Below are positions 25,170 through 31,599 of a stretch of 31,599 nucleotides of DNA, one piece after another. The notes beneath the pieces were generated by a model that saw nothing but the letters and a program-made list of their open reading frames with translations, was not told the DNA's origin and searched no databases. A program made the translations under genes and the position numbers. Every line of letters starts with the position of its first letter. Within the stretch, counting starts at the first letter, position 1. The DNA is from a virus. Taxonomy: Duplodnaviria > Caudoviricetes. Where the stretch lies: the IMG/VR virus record IMGVR_UViG_3300025835_000024, positions 1 through 31,599 of that record. One strand, 5' to 3'.

Positions 25170-25441
25170 GGCTTCCGCACCGCCATGGACAAGAAGCGTT
25201 CCACGTAGGTATGTGCCCACCCCGGATGCAGCTTCACACCATCCACCGCGTCGCCATCGACCATGACGAGGGCGTCACGTGCCCGGCTCGGCGACAGCAC
25301 CGCGTGCGTGAGCCACAGGTACCAGCGGCCCGTGGGGCGTCCGCCGGCGGCGTCGAGTTCTTCGGCCCAGTGGACGGTGACGTCCCGGAGGCCTAGCTCG
25401 AACAAGTAATCATGGATGGCTTGGGAGAGGGCGAGATTCAC
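25166..25441 (-). CDS. Hypothetical protein (91 aa)
   Basis: AAGGA RBS, GTG start, downstream of predicted promoter, coupled to next gene. Confidence 0.65.
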   Translation of the reverse strand: MNLALSQAIHDYLFELGLRDVTVHWAEELDAAGGRPTGRWYLWLTHAVLSPSRARDALVMVDGDAVDGVKLHPGWAHTYVERFLSMAVRKP

Positions 25442-25492
25442 GGCGGGAGTCCTTGGTCAGGGGGCTGGGGATAGCCAGCCACGTCCATGACC

Positions 25493-25528
25493 AATAACTT
25501 AGTGACTCACTCCGTCCGCGTCAAGCCC
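25493..25528 (-). promoter_or_regulatory. sigma70-type early promoter with palindromic box
   Basis: TTGACG-N17-TAAGTT; AGTGAGTCACT palindrome abutting -10; near-identical copy at 29772-29806. Confidence 0.7.
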
Positions 25529-26025
25529 GCTCGCTCGCGCGCGATGCGCAGGAGGATCAGGTAGCCCATCAGGTCCTGCTCGACGTCCTCACCCGCCGCC
25601 GAGCCGCGCGCCAGGCGGGAGAGCTTGTCGTCGATGCGGACCAGGATCTGCTCGACGGGGTCCGCGTGGGAGAACACGCGAACCGGGTCCAGGGCGCTGT
25701 CGCCGTAGGCCGCGTTCTTGGCAACCAGCATGTCGGCGAGCTCGCCGCACACCCGCCGGATGTCATCCTGCGTTGAGGGTGCGACCGCGACGGGGGCCCG
25801 CAGGAGGTAGGAATCCCCCACGCGCTCATGCGCGATGGCCCCCAGGGCCGCGCGCCACGGGGGGTTGTTCCAGTCGAACGCCGGTGTGATGCCCTCTCCG
25901 AGACACCACGCGGTGTACGCCGTGAGCAGGGCGGGGGGCGCCAGCCACTGGTCCCCGCAGTCGGCGGTCGCAGCCCACTTCTGCATGGAGACTTCGGTGC
26001 AGTGTCCGTGCCGGTAGGTAGTCAT
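25507..26025 (-). CDS. DUF1599/Nmad1-like (nucleotide-modification-associated) domain protein with N-terminal winged-helix-like region
   Basis: LVAKNAAYGDS...VRIDDKLSRL...EDVEQDLMGYLILL is the DUF1599 signature; N-terminal LLTAYTAWCLGEGITP. Confidence 0.75.
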   Translation of the reverse strand: MTTYRHGHCTEVSMQKWAATADCGDQWLAPPALLTAYTAWCLGEGITPAFDWNNPPWRAALGAIAHERVGDSYLLRAPVAVAPSTQDDIRRVCGELADMLVAKNAAYGDSALDPVRVFSHADPVEQILVRIDDKLSRLARGSAAGEDVEQDLMGYLILLRIARERAGLTRTE

Positions 26026-26026
26026 G

Positions 26027-26275
26027 TTAACCCTCGTCGGTGTTGGTGGTGTTGTCGGTGGTGTGTCCGGAGGTCAAGCGCCACACAGTCACGCGGCGGC
26101 CGCGCTGGCCAGGGGCGTGATCAACCGTGTGGCAGGCCTCCACGACGCCGGCAGCGTGCAGCACGCTGAGCAACGTGCGCAGCGTGCGGAGCTTGACGCC
26201 CGTCGCCTCGGCGAGCTTCGTGGACGTCTGGGGGTTGCCCTCCAGGGCCTGGAGGATGACGATGGTGGTGTTCAA
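26027..26275 (-). CDS. Small winged-helix DNA-binding protein
   Basis: ILQALEGNPQTSTKLAEATGVKLRTLRTLLSVLHAAGVVE...GRRVTVWRL. Confidence 0.75.
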   Translation of the reverse strand: MNTTIVILQALEGNPQTSTKLAEATGVKLRTLRTLLSVLHAAGVVEACHTVDHAPGQRGRRVTVWRLTSGHTTDNTTNTDEG

Positions 26276-26279
26276 GGGT

Positions 26280-26762
26280 CTACCTCATGCGGTGGAGCGT
26301 GACGAGCCCGATCGCCACGGCGTCCATGACGTTGTGTTGGAGTGTCTGAGCGACGGTGCCCAAGCCATTGGACAGCCGGACCGCCTCGCCCGCGTCGAGG
26401 GCCCCGTAAGCCTGCGCGGTGGTGGCCTCCTTCGACCTTTGCCCCTTCCACTCTCGCGGGAGGACCGTAGTCATGGGGTGCTCGGGCCACCGTTGAGCGA
26501 TGGCGCCGACCACGCCGGCGAGCTGAAGGAGGTCGTCCGGGTTGACGTTGCGGACGGAGTAGAGCTGCGGGAACTCCGACACGATGCTGAAGCGGCCCTC
26601 GAACCGGGGCAGGTCGTCGACCACCGCGCGCCAGGCCTCGGGCCCCCGCGTCCCACACGTGGTCAACCCCGCTGCCAACCCGCAGGACTGGAGGATCCCG
26701 TGGTTGAAGAAGGCCCACCCAACCAGGCGGAGGCCGGGGTCAATCGCGAGGAGCTGAGTCAT
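26280..26762 (-). CDS. RuvC-like Holliday junction resolvase
   Basis: Start ATG 26762 with AGGAGG; LLAIDPG, IVSEFPQ, PREWKG, HNVMDAVAIG catalytic motifs. Confidence 0.85.
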   Translation of the reverse strand: MTQLLAIDPGLRLVGWAFFNHGILQSCGLAAGLTTCGTRGPEAWRAVVDDLPRFEGRFSIVSEFPQLYSVRNVNPDDLLQLAGVVGAIAQRWPEHPMTTVLPREWKGQRSKEATTAQAYGALDAGEAVRLSNGLGTVAQTLQHNVMDAVAIGLVTLHRMR

Positions 26763-26967
26763 TGGTGGCCTCCTGGAGCGCGCGCATGAGGCGCTTGGAC
26801 TCATTGTATCCGGCGCGAACGCCGGGGCGCCCGAGCTTCCACGGGCCGGAGGCGAAGGCCTCCTCCTGTGTGTCAAGGCTCACGACCACCCGCCAGCGAC
26901 GGGGGTGTGCCGAGCGCTCGAGGTAGAAGCGGACGCGGACCTGGACGGAGTCGTGGCTGATAGTCAT
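26740..26967 (-). CDS. Hypothetical protein (75 aa)
   Basis: Fits the operon, GAGGAGG upstream, short overlap with next gene. Confidence 0.55.
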   Translation of the reverse strand: MTISHDSVQVRVRFYLERSAHPRRWRVVVSLDTQEEAFASGPWKLGRPGVRAGYNESKRLMRALQEATNDSAPRD

Positions 26968-26970
26968 GGC

Positions 26971-27213
26971 TCAGGGGACCTCCTCAGCGTTGGGGCAGCG
27001 GTTCTGCATGACCTCGCGTAGGGCGCGCTCGGCCTCGGCCTGCGTGGCGTAGCGGCCCTGGCGACCGTAGCTCACGGACCACAAGCACTCGGGGTGGTAG
27101 CCCATGAACCACCGCTCGCGGGGCACGGCCGTGGCCCTGTAGGCCCCGACGAACTTGTATGGTGCCCCCGTGGGGGCGTGCTCGATCATCGTCCACTGCG
27201 TAGGCTTACTCAT
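26971..27213 (-). CDS. Hypothetical protein (80 aa)
   Basis: Overlaps polymerase stop by 8 nt, GGAGG upstream. Confidence 0.6.
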   Translation of the reverse strand: MSKPTQWTMIEHAPTGAPYKFVGAYRATAVPRERWFMGYHPECLWSVSYGRQGRYATQAEAERALREVMQNRCPNAEEVP

Positions 27214-29140
27214 CGTCCGTGTCCTCCGCGATGATGGCCTGGATGTCCAGGTCCAGGTTAATGCTCCGCTCGCCTTGGGGGGTCCAGACGCTCCACGTCC
27301 CGTCGGCCTGCCGGTGCGACTCGGCCTTCTTTGACCAGGAGGTCGTCAGACACGGCTCGGCCCGCACGGGCACGTCGGGCATGACACGTTGCATCGCGTC
27401 GACCATGATCTGGGTGAGCCGGTCGGCCGTGGCGCTGGCCTGGGCGTCGTCCGGGATCTCGAAGAAGATTTCGTCGTGGATGAAGGCCACGGGCCGCGCC
27501 ACGACACCGCCCACGTAGCAGGCCTTGGCCACGTCCCACAAGGCCAGCTTCGCCCCGTCGGCGACCAGACCCTGAAAGTACGTGTTGGCCGCGCGGGAGT
27601 ACCAGCAGCCGGCGCGCAGGCGCCCGGACACGAGCTGCTTGATGGTGGTCGCGTCGGTGTGCGCGGTCAAGCTGCTGATGTAGTGCTGGAGGTACCACTG
27701 CCCCTCGGGCCAGGTCGCGAACCAGTTGTGCTTCAACCAGCTGGCGAAGCTCTCCGTGATCGTCACGCCGTAGCCCCGCGCGTAGTCAACCAGGGTCCGG
27801 GCGCCCATACCACCGGGGAACCCGAAGTTCGCGATCTTGCTGAACTGTCGGTGCTCTTTGACCCGCACGTCGCCAGCGTGAAGGGCCACCATCGCGTCGT
27901 CGTACGACATGCTCAGGAGCTGGGCCGCGAAGAACGTGTGCGGGTCGAAGTCGGGGTCGGCCTGGTACCGACGGGCCATGACGCTGTCGCCGTGCAGCGC
28001 CAGGCAGACCTGAGCCCAGCCCCGGAGTTCGATGGAGTTGAAGTCGATGGACAGGAACAGGTTGCCCGCGCGGGGCGCGAAGCACTGCCGGATGCCTGCC
28101 CCACGCGGCAGGTTCTGGATGTTGGGCTTGAAGCTACTGGTGCGGCCCGTTTCCTTCAGCACGTCGTAGCTCGGGCAGATCGCGTGGTCGACGCCGGTCC
28201 ACATCATGTCCAGGTAGGTTTTCTTGAGCTTCTCGGCCGCAGTGTAGACCAGGCTGGCTCGCACAGCCGGGTGGTCAACCTGGCGCAGCACGTCCTTGGT
28301 CGTGGCGACCTGACCAGTCGCCGTCGCCGGCGGCGTGGTGCCACGGGTCGCATAGTCCTCCGTGATGAGGCTCTGGAGGGCCTTCTTGTCTCGCGTACCG
28401 TTGGGGCGCATGAGTCCCGCGTCGACCAAGACCTGGCGGGCGCCGTCCATCTGTGTGTCGGCTTCGTCGCTGGCGACCTGGAGCATGGTGGCGTCGGTGC
28501 GCATCCCCCACGCGGACATGATCGACAGCGCGAAGTGCGCCCGGACGTGGCGCTGAACATCGAGAACATCCCCATCGGCCCCCAGGTAACTTAGCGCGGT
28601 CGCCAGGCGGCGGTTGTGCCAGTAGAGCTCGCGGCAGTAGTGCGTGTCGGCCAGGGGGTAGGCCACCGCGTCGGACGGCCACAGACCAAGGGGAACGTCG
28701 GCCAGGGCGTTGTAGTGTAGGCGCCAGGAGTCCGTACCGGACTTCATGCGCTCGAAGCTGTTGTCCGTCGCCAGGTCGGCGTAGCGGGCCTGCGTGGCGA
28801 GGCGGAACTTTCCGATGCCCTTGAGGTTGCCGGTCTTCGCCAGCTCCAGGAGCTTGGACTGGATCATGGTGCAGGACACGCGGCCGGCGTCGTAGGCCGC
28901 GAAGACCTCCGCCACCATGCCGGTGTGGTGCGCCATGACGCCCATGTCGAAGGCCGCGCTGTGCGCCACGAAGCGAGTGTCGGGGTCCATCAACCACCGG
29001 GAGAACAGCACCACGGCGCCGGCAGCGTCCACGATCTGGACTTCGCCCCCGTCGACGGCATAAGTCATGCAGACCAGCGGTGGGATGGTCAAGCCGGTTT
29101 GGATGAGACCGGTCTCGGTGTCGAAGTAAACGGTGCTCAT
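27206..29140 (-). CDS. polA: Family A DNA polymerase with 3'-5' exonuclease (644 aa)
   Basis: ExoI YFDTETG, ExoII HSAAFDM, ExoIII YPLAD; TGRTSS..PNIQNLPR; motif A SIDFNSIELR; motif B RQFSKIANFGFPGGMG; motif C FIHDEI; start ATG 29140 with GAGGG. Confidence 0.96.
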   Translation of the reverse strand: MSTVYFDTETGLIQTGLTIPPLVCMTYAVDGGEVQIVDAAGAVVLFSRWLMDPDTRFVAHSAAFDMGVMAHHTGMVAEVFAAYDAGRVSCTMIQSKLLELAKTGNLKGIGKFRLATQARYADLATDNSFERMKSGTDSWRLHYNALADVPLGLWPSDAVAYPLADTHYCRELYWHNRRLATALSYLGADGDVLDVQRHVRAHFALSIMSAWGMRTDATMLQVASDEADTQMDGARQVLVDAGLMRPNGTRDKKALQSLITEDYATRGTTPPATATGQVATTKDVLRQVDHPAVRASLVYTAAEKLKKTYLDMMWTGVDHAICPSYDVLKETGRTSSFKPNIQNLPRGAGIRQCFAPRAGNLFLSIDFNSIELRGWAQVCLALHGDSVMARRYQADPDFDPHTFFAAQLLSMSYDDAMVALHAGDVRVKEHRQFSKIANFGFPGGMGARTLVDYARGYGVTITESFASWLKHNWFATWPEGQWYLQHYISSLTAHTDATTIKQLVSGRLRAGCWYSRAANTYFQGLVADGAKLALWDVAKACYVGGVVARPVAFIHDEIFFEIPDDAQASATADRLTQIMVDAMQRVMPDVPVRAEPCLTTSWSKKAESHRQADGTWSVWTPQGERSINLDLDIQAIIAEDTDDE

Positions 29141-29150
29141 GCGTACCCTC

Positions 29151-29196
29151 AAAAGCGGCGAGGCCCCGGCCGCCGTCCCTGGCAACCGGGGCCTCG
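29151..29196 (-). terminator. Stem-loop between SSB-like gene and polA, probable partial terminator
   Basis: CGAGGCCCCGG (29159-29169) / CCGGGGCCTCG (29186-29196) 11-bp stem followed on - strand by CCGCTTTT. Confidence 0.55.
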
Positions 29197-29212
29197 TTCC
29201 CCAGGCGGTGGG

Positions 29213-29695
29213 TTACTCGCCGAACGTCGGACTCAGTGACACGTGCTCGAAGACCGGGTTGTAGTAGGTCTTGTTCGCACCGAGCCGGTCCTTCGCCTCG
29301 CGGGACGTGGTCCGGATGCGGATCCGGCCGCCCTTGGCGAGGGCGCCGTCGTCCGCGATCAAGTCCTGGATGTCCTGAGCCGTGGCCTCCGTCGTCCCCA
29401 GGATCGCGGCGCACAGGGCGCCGACCTCGCGGAGGTTGCGGTCGGCGCCAGGACCCATGAGGTACCGGGGCATGCCGAGCACGTCGCCGACCTCGCGGCG
29501 ACCCTCCTTGACCCCGACGACGGCGCCCTCGAAGACGAAGTACTGAAAGCCCCTCGTCGCGGGCTTGTTGCTCGTGGCGAGCTTGAGTCCCGTGATCTCG
29601 ACGATCACGTCCATCAGATGGTCGTCCACCGGCCAGGTGACGGCGAAGGTACCAGCGGCGGCGCCGGCGATCTGGCTGAAGATGTCGTTGCTCAT
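29213..29695 (-). CDS. Putative single-stranded DNA-binding (OB-fold-like) protein (160 aa)
   Basis: True start ATG 29695 (GAGGA RBS); VIVEITGLK..YFVFEGAVV..GGRIRIRT..TYYNPVF pattern; own promoter and hairpin; sits between helicase and polA. Confidence 0.5.
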   Translation of the reverse strand: MSNDIFSQIAGAAAGTFAVTWPVDDHLMDVIVEITGLKLATSNKPATRGFQYFVFEGAVVGVKEGRREVGDVLGMPRYLMGPGADRNLREVGALCAAILGTTEATAQDIQDLIADDGALAKGGRIRIRTTSREAKDRLGANKTYYNPVFEHVSLSPTFGE

Positions 29696-29771
29696 GATCT
29701 TGTCCTCGTATCCATGGGGGGCCGGTTGGTTGGCCCGTCTTGGTTCGTGGGGCGCTGCGCCCCGGCTGTCG

Positions 29772-29806
29772 AATAAGTTAGTGACGCACTGCCGGGCGTC
29801 AAGCCC
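29772..29806 (-). promoter_or_regulatory. sigma70-type early promoter, paralogous to 25493-25528
   Basis: TTGACG-N16-TAACTT with AGTGCGTCACT box. Confidence 0.65.
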
Positions 29807-29810
29807 TACG

Positions 29811-31430
29811 TCAAACGAAAGTGGCCAGCAAGAGCTTTTGGGGCTGGCCCGTGGTGCCCTCGAGGTACCGCGCACCGCCCAGGCCCGACGCCAGGGCGTC
29901 ACGCTGGCCCTGCGTGCCCTGGTACACCCACACGCGGACCTCGTCGGCCTGTTGCCCCTGGCGGTGGGTGCGGCCGAGGAGCTGCTCCCACGTGGTGCCG
30001 CTGGCGGGCGGCGCCAGGATGACGTTGGCGTCCCAGGCCTGGAGGTTGCGGCCCGTGCCGTGTGCCTCGATGCTCGCCGCGACCACCCTACGCTCCCCGT
30101 CAAGCTCGTCGCCGGCGGCGAAGACCTCCATGCCCAGCTCGCGCAACCGGGCCCCAACCGCGATCCAGGAGTACCACAGGATCGCGTCGTGCTCGTCGGC
30201 GAGGGCCTTGGCGTGCAGTAGCACGTCGTCGGTGAGCCAGACCGGGTACGTGGTCGGGGAGGCCTCGGGCTCGATGGTCTTCCACGCCAGCCAGGCTGGC
30301 CCCAGGGAGGGTCCACAGGCCGCCGCATCCGCCTCCAGGAGTGCCTCGACAGCTCCGGGCGTGTCGAGGCACCTCCGCTTGCCCTCGCGCGTCAGAAAGG
30401 CTTGTAGGGCCTTTGCGTATGTTGACCTCGCGTGGAGCCACGGGATGTTGGGTCCACCCTCCCCCCACTCGACCGCGTAGTAAAACCCCACGGCGAGCTG
30501 TCTTGCGGCCGCAGCGAGCTGGGGTGCCTGCGTGATGCACGTCCCGTCGGGGAGCTCCCACGTGGAGCGCAGGGCTCGGATCGCGTCCGTGATCGCCTTC
30601 GGTAGGCGCGGCCGCACGGTCGCGATGTTGAGGGCCATCGCTGCGCTCGACCTGGTCGTTGCGACGACGCCATCCGCCTCGGCGAACCGCCGCTCGAGGG
30701 CGGCGCGGACACCGGCGCGGTCGTGTTGCAGGCCGTAGTGCGTGGTCAAGGGGCGCGTGATCGACCAGTCCGTGGCGCTCGGGACTACCAGGGCCGACTC
30801 GACGTCGGAGCACTGCGCCACGGCCTCCAGGGTGTTGTAGTGCGTGGGCAGGGGGGACAGCGGCCCGAGGGCCGTCCCGGCCAGGTGCCAGGCGTCGCGC
30901 ACGGACTTGCCCAGTAGCGTCCCGGACATCGGGACCAGCCGCGTGCCGGCGTGGTCGGCCAGGTACCGGAACACCCGGCGCGTGCGGGCCGCAGTGGAGT
31001 GCCGCAGGTAATGGGCCTCATCGGCGAGGATGACGCGCGGGGCGCGGTCGTCCAGGACGCCCACCGCGTCGGTCGCGCTCAGGGCGGAGTAGGGTAGGAT
31101 GATCGGGGGGTCCACGTCGAAGTGGACGGCGTACAGGGCAAACTCCCGCCGCGCCGTCTTGACCAGGGTCGGGGGGACCAGTAGGACACAGGCACTGCCG
31201 GGGAGCTGGAGGGCCCTCGGCGCCAGGGCGAACACCAGGGTCTTCCCCGAGCCCACGCCCATCGCTCCGACCACGCTGCCAAGGCGCCGCAACGACGAAA
31301 GCGCCTCCCGCTGGTGAGGCAGGAGGCGCATGGTGCCCTCGGGTAGGTGGAGGTTGTCAATCCAGGCCTCGCCCCCCGCGCCGCCCGGCGCGGGAGCCAG
31401 GGACAGGATGCGCCGGATATCCTTACTCAC
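29811..31430 (-). CDS. SF2 (SNF2/DEAH-like) helicase (539 aa)
   Basis: LLPHQ (Q motif), MGVGSGKT, ILADEAH, PMSGT, GTGRNLQ, EQLLGRTHRQGQ; likely GTG start 31430 with GGAGG, overlapping upstream stop. Confidence 0.92.
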   Translation of the reverse strand: MSKDIRRILSLAPAPGGAGGEAWIDNLHLPEGTMRLLPHQREALSSLRRLGSVVGAMGVGSGKTLVFALAPRALQLPGSACVLLVPPTLVKTARREFALYAVHFDVDPPIILPYSALSATDAVGVLDDRAPRVILADEAHYLRHSTAARTRRVFRYLADHAGTRLVPMSGTLLGKSVRDAWHLAGTALGPLSPLPTHYNTLEAVAQCSDVESALVVPSATDWSITRPLTTHYGLQHDRAGVRAALERRFAEADGVVATTRSSAAMALNIATVRPRLPKAITDAIRALRSTWELPDGTCITQAPQLAAAARQLAVGFYYAVEWGEGGPNIPWLHARSTYAKALQAFLTREGKRRCLDTPGAVEALLEADAAACGPSLGPAWLAWKTIEPEASPTTYPVWLTDDVLLHAKALADEHDAILWYSWIAVGARLRELGMEVFAAGDELDGERRVVAASIEAHGTGRNLQAWDANVILAPPASGTTWEQLLGRTHRQGQQADEVRVWVYQGTQGQRDALASGLGGARYLEGTTGQPQKLLLATFV

Positions 31431-31599
31431 GCACGGCCTCCAGGGCGTAGAGCATGGCCGTCTCCAGGTGGGTGAACGCGATGGCCTTGTGGCGCCCCGC
31501 AGGGAGGGCGGTCTCCATCCGCTCGCGTAGGGCACCGAACTGCGCCCGGATGTCCTCGGGGTCGGACGGGGGCGCCATGACGCCGACGCGGGCGTCAAC
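31423..31599 (-). CDS. Acb2/Tad1-like (helical hairpin) protein, probably 5'-truncated; not in the supplied ORF track
   Basis: Manual translation from 31599: VDARVGVMAPPSDPEDIRAQFGALRERMETALPAGRHKAIAFTHLETAMLYALEAVRE*. Confidence 0.6.
   Translation of the reverse strand, partial: VDARVGVMAPPSDPEDIRAQFGALRERMETALPAGRHKAIAFTHLETAMLYALEAVRE

Larger units (their letters stand above)
1..31599. mobile_element. Partial genome of a tailed dsDNA bacteriophage (siphovirus-like, Mu-like head genes); lifestyle undetermined
   Basis: Contiguous terminase-portal-protease-capsid-tail-TMP-lysis block on + and helicase/PolA/resolvase block on -; no host genes, integrase or sheath gene seen; both ends fall inside ORFs. 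Confidence 0.95.

Noticed and set aside
24558-26037. TTAACCCTCGT occurring at both 24558 and 26027
   Set aside because: Both genes end in EG-stop; in the second case it doubles as an RBS; probably coincidence
27206-29140. Calling the polymerase DpoZ (Z-genome phage)
   Set aside because: No purZ, datZ or mazZ visible in the window and I cannot verify DpoZ-specific residues without alignment

Overview
The whole window reads as most of the genome of a high-GC (roughly 70% by eye) tailed dsDNA phage with siphovirus-type organisation, cut inside a gene at both ends. The + strand runs: primase-polymerase/SF3-helicase (5'-truncated), an origin-like inverted-repeat/iteron/AT-rich element, TerS, TerL, a Mu-like portal, protease/scaffold, decoration/head fibre, major capsid, neck, tail tube, chaperone pair, tape measure, tail-tip genes, then a separately promoted accessory/lysis block. 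The - strand carries an early/replication arm: Acb2/Tad1-like gene (truncated), SF2 helicase, SSB-like protein, family A DNA polymerase, RuvC-like resolvase, wHTH proteins, a DUF1599 fusion and a Cys-rich sigma-region-4-like regulator. No integrase, repressor, tRNA, CRISPR or reverse transcriptase was seen. The most notable points are: (i) sigma54-type -24/-12 motifs at late genes, three of them paired with sigma70-type promoters; (ii) a portal fused to an excisionase/MerR-like HTH; (iii) a PolA whose motif-B Tyr is replaced (NFGFPGG); (iv) a highly symmetric candidate origin; (v) an anti-defence sponge-like ORF missing from the ORF track. A Myxococcota-like host is an inference. All product calls come from motif recognition and synteny, not database searches.
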